A DNA stretch of 63,063 nt, filler included, from Basidiobolus ranarum (taxonomy: Eukaryota): NCBI GenBank assembly GCA_040143965.1. It is 17 parts of 17 records of this genome, joined end to end, with 100 filler letters (N's around TTAATTAATTAA, not from the genome) between each part and the next. Parts side by side here need not be neighbours in the genome. Positions count along the whole stretch, not along the records: positions 11,173 to 14,794 come from JASJQH010002375.1; positions 14,895 to 18,515 come from JASJQH010002376.1; positions 18,616 to 22,235 come from JASJQH010002377.1; positions 22,336 to 25,952 come from JASJQH010002378.1; 13 more parts are not named here. The stretch is one strand, 5' to 3'. The translations under genes and the position numbers were made by a program. The notes below the pieces were generated by a model. The model was not told the origin of the DNA, searched no databases, and saw nothing but the letters and a program-made list of their open reading frames with translations. Shown here piece by piece: positions 12,801 through 24,126 of the stretch. Numbering within the stretch: the stretch's first letter is position 1; every line of letters starts with the position of its first letter.

Positions 12801-14084
12801 GTGAGGCACAACCTGAGTTACGAATTCTTGTACTGCCAGGCATATTTGACTCATGTAAATGTTCTTTCAGATGAGCATTAGAATCCACTGCAACTGGAGC
12901 AGCAACTTCCGTTGGAGTGAAGCCTCTCTGGCGTTCCATGAGCAAGAATATGGGACATAAACAACTATGCATATAGTCAAACTGAGCCCTATGGATCACA
13001 AACAATGCGCATCTAGAATACACCAAAGCATAATCAGTATTAGTGTAGCATAGAAGCATCTTTAAATGAGGCACAAACATCAAGTCGCTTGAACAGACAG
13101 GCATTGAGCAATCTAACATTTGGATATCCTTAAAGTACATTGTTATCTCGCTGATTGAATCACTGGCAAGCTGGAGAAAGTTACAGCTCAAATCGCATAC
13201 GCATTGATATTTGAATCTTTAGCCTTTGTTATCCGTGTATCGAAGCGCAGATTATGTAACAAATCAGCCAGCCATGATGTGCGTATTTCTGAGTGAGCAT
13301 CTTTACACTCATTCTTAAACTTCTTGGGGAGATTTTCTTTCCACTGCCCCTATAGTAAGGGATAAGCTACCGGATATCAGCAAGCTTAGATGTTGTTGAT
13401 ATGTACCGGTTTTCTCCATTTGTTGGCTCACGTTACACGAATTTGCAGCAGTGAAAATAGCAACAAGGCTCAATTGTATGATCAAGCTTATCGGTGTAAC
13501 ATAGCAAGCAGTTGGCATGTATTAGAGGATCACGGGGAATTAAGGTTTGTGAATGGTGGTAACAAGGAAACTTAAAAGACTTTTGGGATATTTGTGATAT
13601 GGTCAGGCAATATGCATAATAATGACATTCGGACTCTCTCCCCCATTTGATTGGCTGTAGTTGCGGGGTCTATAAGTTCTAGTCAAGTCGGTATAAAGTG
13701 GTGAGGTTCTTGTATTCAGGGACATTGGAATTTCTTGGATTCCGTGATAAAATTAGCCCCTTTGATTGGTGAAGCTTTTGATTCGTCAATGTGTAGACAA
13801 CGACTTGGATAGAATTATCGATCATCTGGGAATTTTCCCATCATTATCTAGCTTGTGTTATTTGTATCCTAGATCTGGATCGCAACAATCATTGGAAACC
13901 CAAGCTTTTATGCTAGCTCTAAAAGTACCATGCAAATAAGCGGAAATCAGATCCCACGACTACTGATGAAGATCGGGATATAACAAATATCCAACACTAG
14001 ATTAATGGTCTCCTTTTGTTCTCTCTTTTTCCTTACTTTCTTTCTTTACCCTTACCCTTACCTCGTCTTATTTCGACCAACAAG

Positions 14085-14794
14085 ATGAATTACTATTCTG
14101 GGCTTGTGTCGAAACTCATCATCTATCTTATCGTATTCCTCGTTATCGTCTATGCTTTGTGGTTACTGTTCACTGGCAATGGTGAAGCCTTTAACTTTGG
14201 CTTGTTTCTATTAGATACCTCGCCATACATGTGGGCTTTATTGGGAATCTCTCTCTGCATTGGAATGTCAGTCGTGGGTGCAGCTTGGTAAACCATATGA
14301 TTTCTTGATTTTGACAACAAAGCGCATTCCAATATTTTATTGAACCTTCTTTGTTACAGGGGTATTCTCGTCACCGGTGCTTCTATCTTAGGTGGTGCTG
14401 TAAGAACTCCTAGAATTAAAACTAAAAATTTGATCAGGTAAGGCTATAATAGAGGCTATTCCTACCTGATGAATTTACTCAAGCTTTCTTGAACAACCTA
14501 GTATCATTTTCTGTGAAGTAGTTGCCATTTATGGTGTCATTATGGCCATTGTCTTTTCCGCCAAACTTGGAACTACCGATGCTCAAAAAGGGTACTCGGC
14601 TAGCCATTACTATACTGGTAGGATTGTTGCTCTGTATGAACGCCATACATTATATGATAGATGCTAAGGTTGAGCATTTTGATGTAGGTTTCTCTCTTTT
14701 CTGGGCCGGTCTTACTGATGGCTTCTGTAATTTCTTCTGCGGCATTTGCGTCGGAATCACTGGCTATAGAGCTGCTTTGGCTGATGCCCAAGAC
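14085..14794 (+). CDS. VMA16: V-ATPase V0 proteolipid subunit c'' (3' truncated, 4 exons seen)
   Basis: [60 protein letters not shown]…[17 protein letters not shown], with GT-AG introns. Confidence 0.95.
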
Positions 14795-14894
14795 NNNNNN
14801 NNNNNNNNNNNNNNNNNNNNNNNNNNNNNNNNNNNNNNTTAATTAATTAANNNNNNNNNNNNNNNNNNNNNNNNNNNNNNNNNNNNNNNNNNNN

Positions 14895-15100
14895 ACTGCT
14901 TTTATAGCGAACCCAACTGTGTTGGAGAGCGCGTATGTATGATCCCATATGGCCCTGGATCTGAATATAATACTATCATCCCTGCTACCGAAAATATGAT
15001 TAAGAACGGACTTCGCAGTAGTGTGGCGCTTCCCATGAAGCCAGCAAATGGCTACAAGGCTCCGTTTACCATGAATCCTTTCGAGAATATTGACTACTAG
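14895..15100 (+). CDS. 3' end of a secreted Cys-containing protein (upstream tandem copy)
   Basis: CFYSEPNCVGERVCMIPYGPGSEYNTIIPATENMIKNG…ENIDY*; the first 76 nt are identical to 18436-18511. Confidence 0.8.
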
Positions 15101-15829
15101 ATGACATGCTGACTGTATTACATCACTTGCAACAATGATGAGAACGTGTTATTTCCAAAACCATATTAATTACTCAATAAATATAGACTGCTACACCCAC
15201 GTTGTATCTTTCGCTGGTTTGAGTGCTCTCTAAGCTCCATATGATCAGTCTTGCAGAATAGTGACTTTCATATAGCAATTCGAAACTAGTAATCTCAATG
15301 AAAATTCAGGGTATAGAACTTTATCGTGGTTTTGTTTGCCTGTAAAGAGCACATCAACCAGGTGAGTTTTACCAGTGCTTTTAATACATCGAAATAAGCA
15401 GTAAAAAAACAAGTTCATTGACATCAAGTATCAATCAAGTGCAAAACCATCGAGATACCACAATATCAGTTAGGGTTAGCTAAGTGAAATCCGCATTAAG
15501 TAATTGGTAACTGTTTCCGTCTCCATTACTACCGTTGCGATCTGTCTCATTTCCATCGTTGTGGTTTTGTCATATGTTTGGTCTTTATGTGAGTATATAT
15601 CCATCCTTCTTTAGGAATCTGTGAGACGCACCAAATCAACGATTCCTGCGAGATTAGGGCTAGATCGATCGGTTGCAATCTCGGTAAGGCAGAGGGCCAG
15701 GACCAGGAGTCATTTCCTTTTTCAATTGTACTCTTTCAGAAGTAGCAGCTAATTATTCAAGTGTGTATATTTATAAAGTATTCCATTTAAGGGATATTGA
15801 GACCATCTTCAAATGAACTGTAATGTATG

Positions 15830-16350
15830 TGAGATAGAACAGACAACCCATGCTCCTTGTCCTCATCCTGGAATTACTTGTGAATGTCACCAATATCTAT
15901 TAATCTGTCTATGTCTACTAAGAACCAATAGTCGTGATATTCTATATTATCCAAATATTAGGAATACAAGATTGTAGATTTCGATATTCTACTCCCCAAA
16001 TATATACTCTAGACCATATAGATTTTGGATTTACCCGTATTCTAGAATTGAAACATTATCTCCCTAAGGCATCTTAACCTATCCCGATTATTCCATCTAT
16101 TCTGAGAACGGACTATCTTGAGAATATGTATAAGAGAATGTTTAATAGATCTAAAAATGATGATATCCTCAAAGAAGTCAAAAGAATGCTTGCCACAAAA
16201 AGTGGAATGTATCATAATTTAGTTGAAGGTTATAAGGTCAATCACTTTGTTAGATCAGTTATCGTACCTGCTCCTTACCTTAAACCTGACACTATAGACC
16301 TACCTTTAGGCTGTGACATAGGTACCAGCTATAGAAATCTCGAACTTCAG
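15830..16350 (+). pseudogene. Decayed compact multisubunit RNA polymerase (beta'-like) fragment, resembling linear cytoplasmic plasmid (VLE) RNAP
   Basis: In-frame from 16081: IPIIPSILR…LATKSGMYHNLVEGYKVNHFVRSVIVPAPYLKPDTIDLP, which lines up with beta' motifs LPVxPP.R and GK.GR.R.NL.GKRVD.S.RSVI.P.P.L. Intronless; breaks off before NRQP/NADFDGD. Confidence 0.7.
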
Positions 16351-17972
16351 TGTTTAATATCCATCGTATTCCCAACACACATTGCAAGCCAGTACCAGCT
16401 ATTACTTCCTTTATAGATGTGAGACCTTCAACCAAACCAGCGCACCAGGGACAGATATCCAAAGTAGGAAACGTTTGAAAATATCTCCTTCAACGTTATA
16501 TGCAAATTTTCCTCTAAAGAACTACCTGCAGTAGAACTTTGCCCTAGAAATATCCATCAGAAGTGGATGTCCGCTTCAGTAAGAGTAGTATAAATCATTT
16601 CTCACAAATTGGAATGTGTTGATAGTTTCATTGTTTTACCTAAACCCTGAACCCTTGTACCTATACACTAATAACACCATCTATGCTAGGAGGAATATTG
16701 AAAATTGTTAAATAACCACCCAAGCATGTACATCAACTTAACCTCTAGCTCTCATTTCACAAATATCGCATTTCCTAACCCATATTTTCTCGAAGGCTTC
16801 ACTTAGAATATTTTTACTCAAATGTCAGGCACTATGATCATAATGTTTGTCAAAGTAGGTCCTAAACACTCAAACCTAGCACACAAGTTCCTGGGACCTT
16901 CCTACATATATTTTGCTAAAAGTGTAAACACAATTTATAGATTGGAACACTACCACAAAGCATATACTAATCTACTGGTTTCCTTAGCCGCAAGTCTATG
17001 GACTACACCATTGCATTAGGTAAATCGATCTCACTGCTTGTTAGTAAATGGTACGTTGGTTTTATTCTTGATCATGATATTTTACTTAATAGGTTAATCA
17101 TATTCCAAGCACATTTCATTAAAAGCTTGTTGACAAGCGGAAATATATTCTCCTATTTTAGCAACAGGAGCTAAATAGATATAGGCCATGGACAAGACGC
17201 AAGATACATTGGTACTAGAGCGTAATAAGGAGAATGTATTTCAAAGAAAAGCAGCATCGGAAGGATAGAACAAGTCATGGACATCAGTTGTCAGTTCATA
17301 TATGTTTCACTTTCTGTCCCTTTTGGAAAATCTACGAAGTTTGTGTAGTACCCCATTCCACCCTATGGTTGCTTCTATTTACAGAAGAGCATTGCGGCTG
17401 CGGGTACGGGTGCATTTTTTCCGGCTTTGTAGATTTAGCCAGTACAAAAGAATTTTCGCTTCACAAATATGGTTTCCGTGGTTGAGTGCGTGGGCGGGAG
17501 GGTCCTAGAATATTACATTAGCAAACAACTGCTAGTATTGCTAAATTGAGTGAGGTGATAGAATATTCCATTTCCGGGAATAATTCCGCATGCTCCTTGG
17601 AGTCATTAAGATTTTGTTGCTAGTTCAATTACATGGTTAGAAGGCAGCTGAATTACTCTACTTGTCCTCTACAGCCGCTAAGACTTGACCAGTGTATCCA
17701 TAGTGCCAAAAGGAGGTTGCTTGGTTAGAAGGAAGCAGAAAGATGACAAATGCTTGGCTAGAAAGAGGTGAACAGATAACGAAGACTTGGCCAGTGTTTG
17801 GGCTGTTCCAGAATTAGGTGAAAAGACAAGGGCAGAATCTTCCACTGCGATAAGGCATAAACAGCATCAATCAGACAAGCCTTACATGGAGGTCAACAAG
17901 TGCTGGAAGCTCATCTATATAAAATAGATGGTTTACGCATTCCTGTGGATTATTCTAACCCATAAGATTAAG

Positions 17973-18515
17973 ATGCAACTTCGCTTGACCGACCTAGCTG
18001 TTTGGACCGTGCTTGCTACTTCTACCTTAGCTAAGCCCATTGGGATTACTCTTGACCTCTCAGGTAAGATCCCTCCCCTTACTTCCACTCCCATTGAGCA
18101 AAAGTATCCTGTTGATGCTCCTTGCAACAACTCCACTGAGGCACAAAATCTCTATGGTGGCTTTCCTGTTTGTAATCCCGCATGGTTCTCAGGAGTGGTG
18201 GCATCAGAGCTGGATGCCGAGTTTTTGATCTGGACTAGCCCTTCAAATCAAAAAGCCATTGAAGATAACGATGTAAACGAAACCGTCGCCGCAACTGGTA
18301 CAGTTTCTTTAGCTAGTGATGCTAGCGGCATCAGTGGCTACCCTATCATGTATCCAGAGTTTAATCAGTGTGCCAATATTGACCCTGTTGAGAACAATGG
18401 CGGCTTTGCCCTTAACTGGCCTACTGAGGCTATCTACTGCTTTTATAGCGAACCCAACTGTGTTGGAGAGCGCGTATGTATGATCCCATATGGCCCTGGA
18501 TCTGAATATAACACA
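17973..18515 (+). CDS. Secreted protein of unknown function, 3' truncated (downstream tandem copy)
   Basis: TATA-like sequence near 17916, signal peptide MQLRLTDLAVWTVLATSTLA, open intronless frame, C-terminal C-F-Y-x4-C-x-G motif. Confidence 0.8.
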
Positions 18516-21377
18516 NNNNNNNNNNNNNNNNNNNNNNNNNNNNNNNNNNNNNNNNNNNNTTAATTAATTAANNNNNNNNNNNNNNNNNNNNNNNNNNNNN
18601 NNNNNNNNNNNNNNNTTTTGATGTGAGGAGCGGTTTGAATAGCAATGAGTGGTTTGCTGTTTTAATAGTGATACTTTGTTCAATCCTGCATTTGGTTAGT
18701 GATTGGATTGGAGATACTTTGTTCAATCCTGGTATTGATCTTGTTTGTTATTGATTGTGTTAAGACATTTATTAATCAAGTTCAAACTGGATTTATATGT
18801 GTGACTATATTTAGTTTTCTTTGTTTCCAATAAAGTGATTAAAATCCAATTTTCATATATGCATTGACAAAATCTAACAAAGAAATCAATTTTGAAGCAA
18901 CCTGTGACATTTGAAAGTGGCATTGGTTATAAAAGCTACTGGATTCAATGTTGAAAGAACAAGAGATGGCAATTTGGATACAAGTTGTACGGTAGTGTGG
19001 CCAACCATCAGTATGTTTTTGTGGGAAAATGTGTGTAGTATAACTCTGTAAAAAATGACCCTGACCTTCATTGAGGACACTAGGCGTATTTGAGTACAAG
19101 GATGTAGTACCATAGTGACATATTTGAGAGTACTGAGGCATTTTTGTGAAAACCAAGGCATCTTTGGGAGCATTGATATATTTATATATCAGAGCTTTTA
19201 TTTACACAATGTGAGTCACAATGGTGATATTGCGGGATATTTATACTACATATTCTGGTCTAGCCAACCAATATGGACCCATATTTATTCCAAGATTGAT
19301 CCTTTGATGGTGTAGCATACCATAGATTTATCAGCTGTGAAATAATCGGTCATAATCCTTTGTCTAGATGGTAAAGTAACAAAGTTGACACTCATAATAC
19401 ATTGGAATTGCAACCCTTTAGCATATTACCCTAGGATATGCATGTATTATTGATGTGGATATGGCAATACAACATACTGTCACTGGCTTGATCAATCAGG
19501 GATAAAAGTTATGGCTGCCATTCTTGGCTATTTTATTTACAAAATAGCCAAGCTACTTGATATGGTAGCAATTCTATACCAGCATAAGATGGTTCTTAAT
19601 GTAAGGTTCAATTCCTTGCTATGCTTTATCTTTGTGAATGTTTATGCAAATGTGCTAGACTTGCAGCCACTACAATACAGTCACAGGGTGAAGAAATGGC
19701 TCATGGAGTAACTTACTGTAATAAAGACTATGTTGAAATTTAGGCCATATATTGACTGATTAGGTGATATAAACAATTACTCTCAGAGAATGCTGCTCTT
19801 ACCAGGTTTATTACAGTACCCAATTAAAGATCCAAGAAAACAAGAAAGATTAGGGAGAGGATGCTGAATTGCAGAATAAGAATCCTTCACTCCAATTTAG
19901 TGTAAGTGAGGTGGAATGTTTACTAGCCCAATAAAAGCTTCTCTTGGTTCTGAGCTTCCAATTGCTTGGCAATCTCATATGCTACCACCCCACCATAAGA
20001 ATATCCAGCTACAGCGTGGGGATCTTCCAGTTGAGTTTTACAAATAGTTGCAGCATAGATCTTGACTATTTCTTCCATTGATTTCAGTATTAAGTTCTAA
20101 TGAAGATAAACACTATGTGAGCAGTTCAGTTGGGTCATACTCTTGAATTTGTATTTATTACTGGTAAACTTATTACTAAAGCCTTGCTTATATCTAATAT
20201 TAATAGTATTGATAGAGTCTGATGAAATAGCTAGATAAATACAAGTTGAATTAGTGATCATTACTTGACCCCTAAGTTAGATATAAAGACAACAGCTGGA
20301 ACAAATAGACATGACACTATATCTCCATATACAGGCATGTATTCAACCTTCTCTTTGCATCTGTTGTACTTGTTAACCTAACTGGAGGTGTTCCTTTGAA
20401 AGTGCTCCTTTGAATTGTTAATGCCAACACATCAATCCAGTGGGTATGGTCAAGACAAAGTAACGCCTATTGAGCAGCTAGAAATGCCCAAAAGTAACCC
20501 TGAACTCTTCCCCCTACTTTAACAGGTGTTTGCAACTACAACCAGAAAACATGATACTTTATATGAATCTAATGCTCAGGCACAAACAAATTCTAGTGTC
20601 AAATATCAGTCTGGTCCTAGCATTGAAGTTAAAGGTAACAAGGTAAAATCTGTCATGCAATCCTCAGATTCAGGGTCAAATGAGGAGAATAATATCCCAA
20701 CCAAACAGGATGCTATGCCACCAAATTCCAAAGAGGATATGCAAACACAACCCACCAAAGATATAGGGTCAGAAAATTATTCTCCACAGGCTTTGGAAGA
20801 TAATGGTGCAAAAACGATACAAATTTTGCAGAAAAACCTTTACAGTTGGTAAACAATCTAGTTGGATCCCTACCTCAACAAGCTTTGTTAGATCAAACTT
20901 GGCACAAGCAGGCCATGCTCTTGCTAATTCTAAACAACTCAATCAAGTCCAGCATATTGATCAAACCTTGTACCAGCCATCCCAGCCTTTGCAAGAACTG
21001 TAACCGGAAGAGACACCAGAATCTCCAGACTCTGAATGGTCTAAGTATAGTAGTTGTTGTCAAAGACGCTGCAGACATGGTCACTGCTAATGTAAAGCTC
21101 TTGGTCTACTTCTCTTAATGTTCACCTCTAATAACATATTTGATCCGCATTTCTCAATAAAAGTAAGCATTAAAAGGATTGTTTAATCTTTGGTATTCAT
21201 TATATTACTATGCAATAATTCCAACTTCTCACTTAATAAAATCAGTTCACTACCACAATATATGTTTTACACTAACTATGTATTATCTTGGCTATTTTTG
21301 CTTACTACCATGTGTTATTCTAGATACAATATGATTGTATTCAACTTTGCTAGGTAAATACTAGGTTTGGGGGGTAG

Positions 21378-21871
21378 CAGGTTTGCTAGTTTTGAGGCAC
21401 CATAAGCTTTTCATGCACTATACTCTTGAAAACAGTCAAGATTCTCAAAATCCATATTACCAACAAAGGAAGCAGCATTGCTACTAACTACAACAACTTG
21501 AGGAGCGGGAGAAGCAAGAAGGGTGGGATTCAATAATGCAGTCAGAGCAAAGTGACCCAAATTATTTGTACCAAATTGCATTTCAAGTCCATCTTTTGTC
21601 AAAGTGCAAGTGGGAATAACCATGATTCCTGCATTGTAAATGAGGAAATCAACTCTGCAAGAACTTCTTGAGAGAAATCACATATGGAGGCTAAATCAGA
21701 GAGATCAAGTTTTCCAACTCAAAGTTGAGTAAGAGCTTTGTTGGCTTTGCTGGGGTTGCGGCAGGTAAGCCATATTCTAGTGCCAACATGACCAAATTCA
21801 CATGCAGTGCAGAATCCAAGACTACTGTTGGCACCTGTAATAATTACAGTTTTTTCTTTAAGATTGGCCAT
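21378..21871 (-). pseudogene. Short-chain dehydrogenase/reductase (retinol dehydrogenase/WWOX-like) pseudogene
   Basis: VIITGANSSLG, LDLSDL, NAGIM, DGLEMQFGTNNLGHF, VVVSS, YGASKLAN; in-frame stops and a frameshift. Confidence 0.9.
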
Positions 21872-22073
21872 TTTGGTAGGAGTCTACTTCAACATTTTTG
21901 GTGAAAACAGTAAGGATGTGATAGATTGGAAATGAAAGATTAAAATAAGAATGTGCTTATTTGCTTGATTTTTGGACAAAATGTGTATTTGAGCACCAAT
22001 ATCATATCTAAAGTTTGAATACTTAGCCAAATATAGGATTGCGGCTTTTGAAAAGTGTGTTGAAAGTGGTTTG

Positions 22074-22235
22074 TGTTGAAATTAACATTGCCTAAACACC
22101 TATATAGTCATATATAGCATAGTCCTTAGTTATCTTATAACTCACTAAGATATTATCAATTATTCTCAATTGGAATTTACTTAGAATATTTTTACCAACT
22201 TAGAAGTTCTCAGATATATAGATTTTTCAAACTTG
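22074..22235 (+). mobile_element. Partial LTR (family A), cut by the contig end
   Basis: TGTTGAAATT start; reverse complement of the family A copies such as 38850-39177. Confidence 0.85.
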
Positions 22236-22336
22236 NNNNNNNNNNNNNNNNNNNNNNNNNNNNNNNNNNNNNNNNNNNNTTAATTAATTAANNNNNNNNN
22301 NNNNNNNNNNNNNNNNNNNNNNNNNNNNNNNNNNNT

Positions 22337-22722
22337 AGTAAGTGCAAAGAAATCCAAGTAATTGGTGGCACCGAAGTTCAGGATCCAATCTCCAACTATT
22401 CCCACAGTAATGGGTTTAGAATTGATTTCATATCAAGTGGCTGTATTGATACCTTTATCAAAAATTTTCACTACATTGGTAACCGTAACAACACTGAAAA
22501 ACTCTATGTTGCCTGCAGTGGAAATATTTTTGCTTGGAAAAAAGACTACTGGGAAATTAGTGCTTACGTCAATGGTGGAGCCAAGAGTGTACTATCACCC
22601 ACCACCACTCAGACGGGGAAAGCAAACAAGACTACCAGCGCAACACTAGTTGCTACAAGTAGCATCTGCAACCATACTAAATATACCCCCTACTCTATCT
22701 TTCTACTGATACTTACATGTAA
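22337..22722 (+). CDS. 3' part of an M15/Hedgehog-DD-peptidase-like protein with a Ser/Thr tail (frame absent from the ORF track)
   Basis: Open frame SKCKEIQVIGGTEVQDPISNYSHSNGFRIDF…CIDTFIKNFHYIGNR…SGNIFAWKKDYWEISAY…; paralogous to the 23411-23923 ORF. Confidence 0.7.
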
Positions 22723-23249
22723 GGTGATTTGTTTTATTAACATGCTATGATCATAATACGATCTTAATTCAATAAATTTAATTTGCATTTGCTATACTAA
22801 GTTTAATTTCCAAAATATACTACCGAAACATTCCATAAATGTAAACAAATCCCCAATACATGATTTAAAGTGAAACACATATTACATGACTACCTAGTTA
22901 CAGACTATTAATCTCAAGTTCCACTCTTGTTACTCAATCATATGACAATCAACAAACGTGTCGCGTTTAACAAATAAGAGTAAATATTGGTTGCAGTCAG
23001 TATAAAAATAAACATTAGTGTTTGGAAATATAGCCATTTATTAATATGGTCGTAGCGGAGTGAATAGCTCCGAGTATCAAACATATATATTCTGATCCCA
23101 ATTGCTGCCACAAATCGTCTGATTAGGTGCATATTGCTAAAAAAAGTTCAGTAATATATCACTAATTACTGTGATTATGGATATGAACTATCTAGAGTTT
23201 AACAATATGAAAGAAAGGCACATATTAGCTTAAAAGAATTCAGTAACTA

Positions 23250-24126
23250 GAACTTCCGTTTTACATCATTATCGGTATACCCAGCTTTCTTAGCATTTCG
23301 ATAGCTAGTAAGCAGTTTGCAGTCTAGTTGTCCTTCAAGGTTGTTACGGTAGCCACGTATGATTATTCGTTTATACCCTAGTAAGTATATTAGCAAAGCA
23401 CTTGGCATATCTAAATGGATATATCTGAAGTACCTAATTTCTTAACACATTCAAACTGCTTCACGGTTTTTGGTTCGGAAAGATCAAGGGCTTTTTTAAG
23501 TACTGGTTTTGAGGTGGCGGAGGGATTTACAGCTGGTGGTTTGCTCTGAGTTTCAGGTTTCTTGGTGTGGTTATCATCCTTATCATGCTTTGAATTATTA
23601 TGCTTCTCACACCTTACGGAAGTGAGTATTTTCGGTTCTATTTTGGTTACAGTTTGACACGCTTCTACGTGCCAGTGAATTTTTTCCCAATAAAAATAAT
23701 TGCCCTCAGGTGATTTCCAGACATCTGTTTGATAAGGCTCAAATGACTTGAAATATTTAGAAACGCAATCGGAATAACGTATATCCACTGCCCTTCCTGT
23801 TGCATGCGCGGATGTTGGACCATGCGGCTCAATCTCAGTCCCTCCCGTTACAACCAGTTGACAATCCTTACCATTTAGCTCCTTTCGGATAGAGAGTAGC
23901 AGATTGATAGTAGCTTCATCCATGGTATTGAGGCAGGTTTGTCCAATACCATTCTTTTTTTCCCAGTCTACCTCTCGGTCATAACATTGATGTCAATTCC
24001 ATTCTCAATGACCTTCAAACCAATATCGTAATCACTCAAGGGAGACGAGGTGAGAGCCACATTACCACACCAAGAAGCCTGAGCAGAGTGAGCAAGCACC
24101 ACACTGAAAAAGTAAAAGCCTTTCAT
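23250..24126 (-). pseudogene. Secreted M15-like zinc peptidase fused to the N-terminal part of a GH25 (Lys1-like) lysozyme; frameshifted and apparently truncated
   Basis: Signal peptide from ATG 24126, frameshift near 23990, VTGGTE..H…AHATGRAVD (H-x6-D)…HWH. After a linker: ALDLSEPKTVKQFECVKKLG/(intron)/YKRIIIRGYR…G.LD…SYRNAKKAGY. Confidence 0.7.

Noticed and set aside
11173-13600. Short ORFs in contig 4 (and similar ones at 24404, 26667, 28421-29293, 32307, 37208, 53361-53927)
   Set aside because: No recognisable motifs or consistent exon structure; treated as chance ORFs or unidentifiable relics.
14700-14794. Odd VMA16 residues (GLTDG, TGYRAA) as a functional variant
   Set aside because: They are within 100 bp of a contig end, where errors are likely.
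14895-18515. Circular plasmid/virus interpretation of the terminal repeat
   Set aside because: The repeats diverge at synonymous positions after 76 nt, which favours tandem paralogs.
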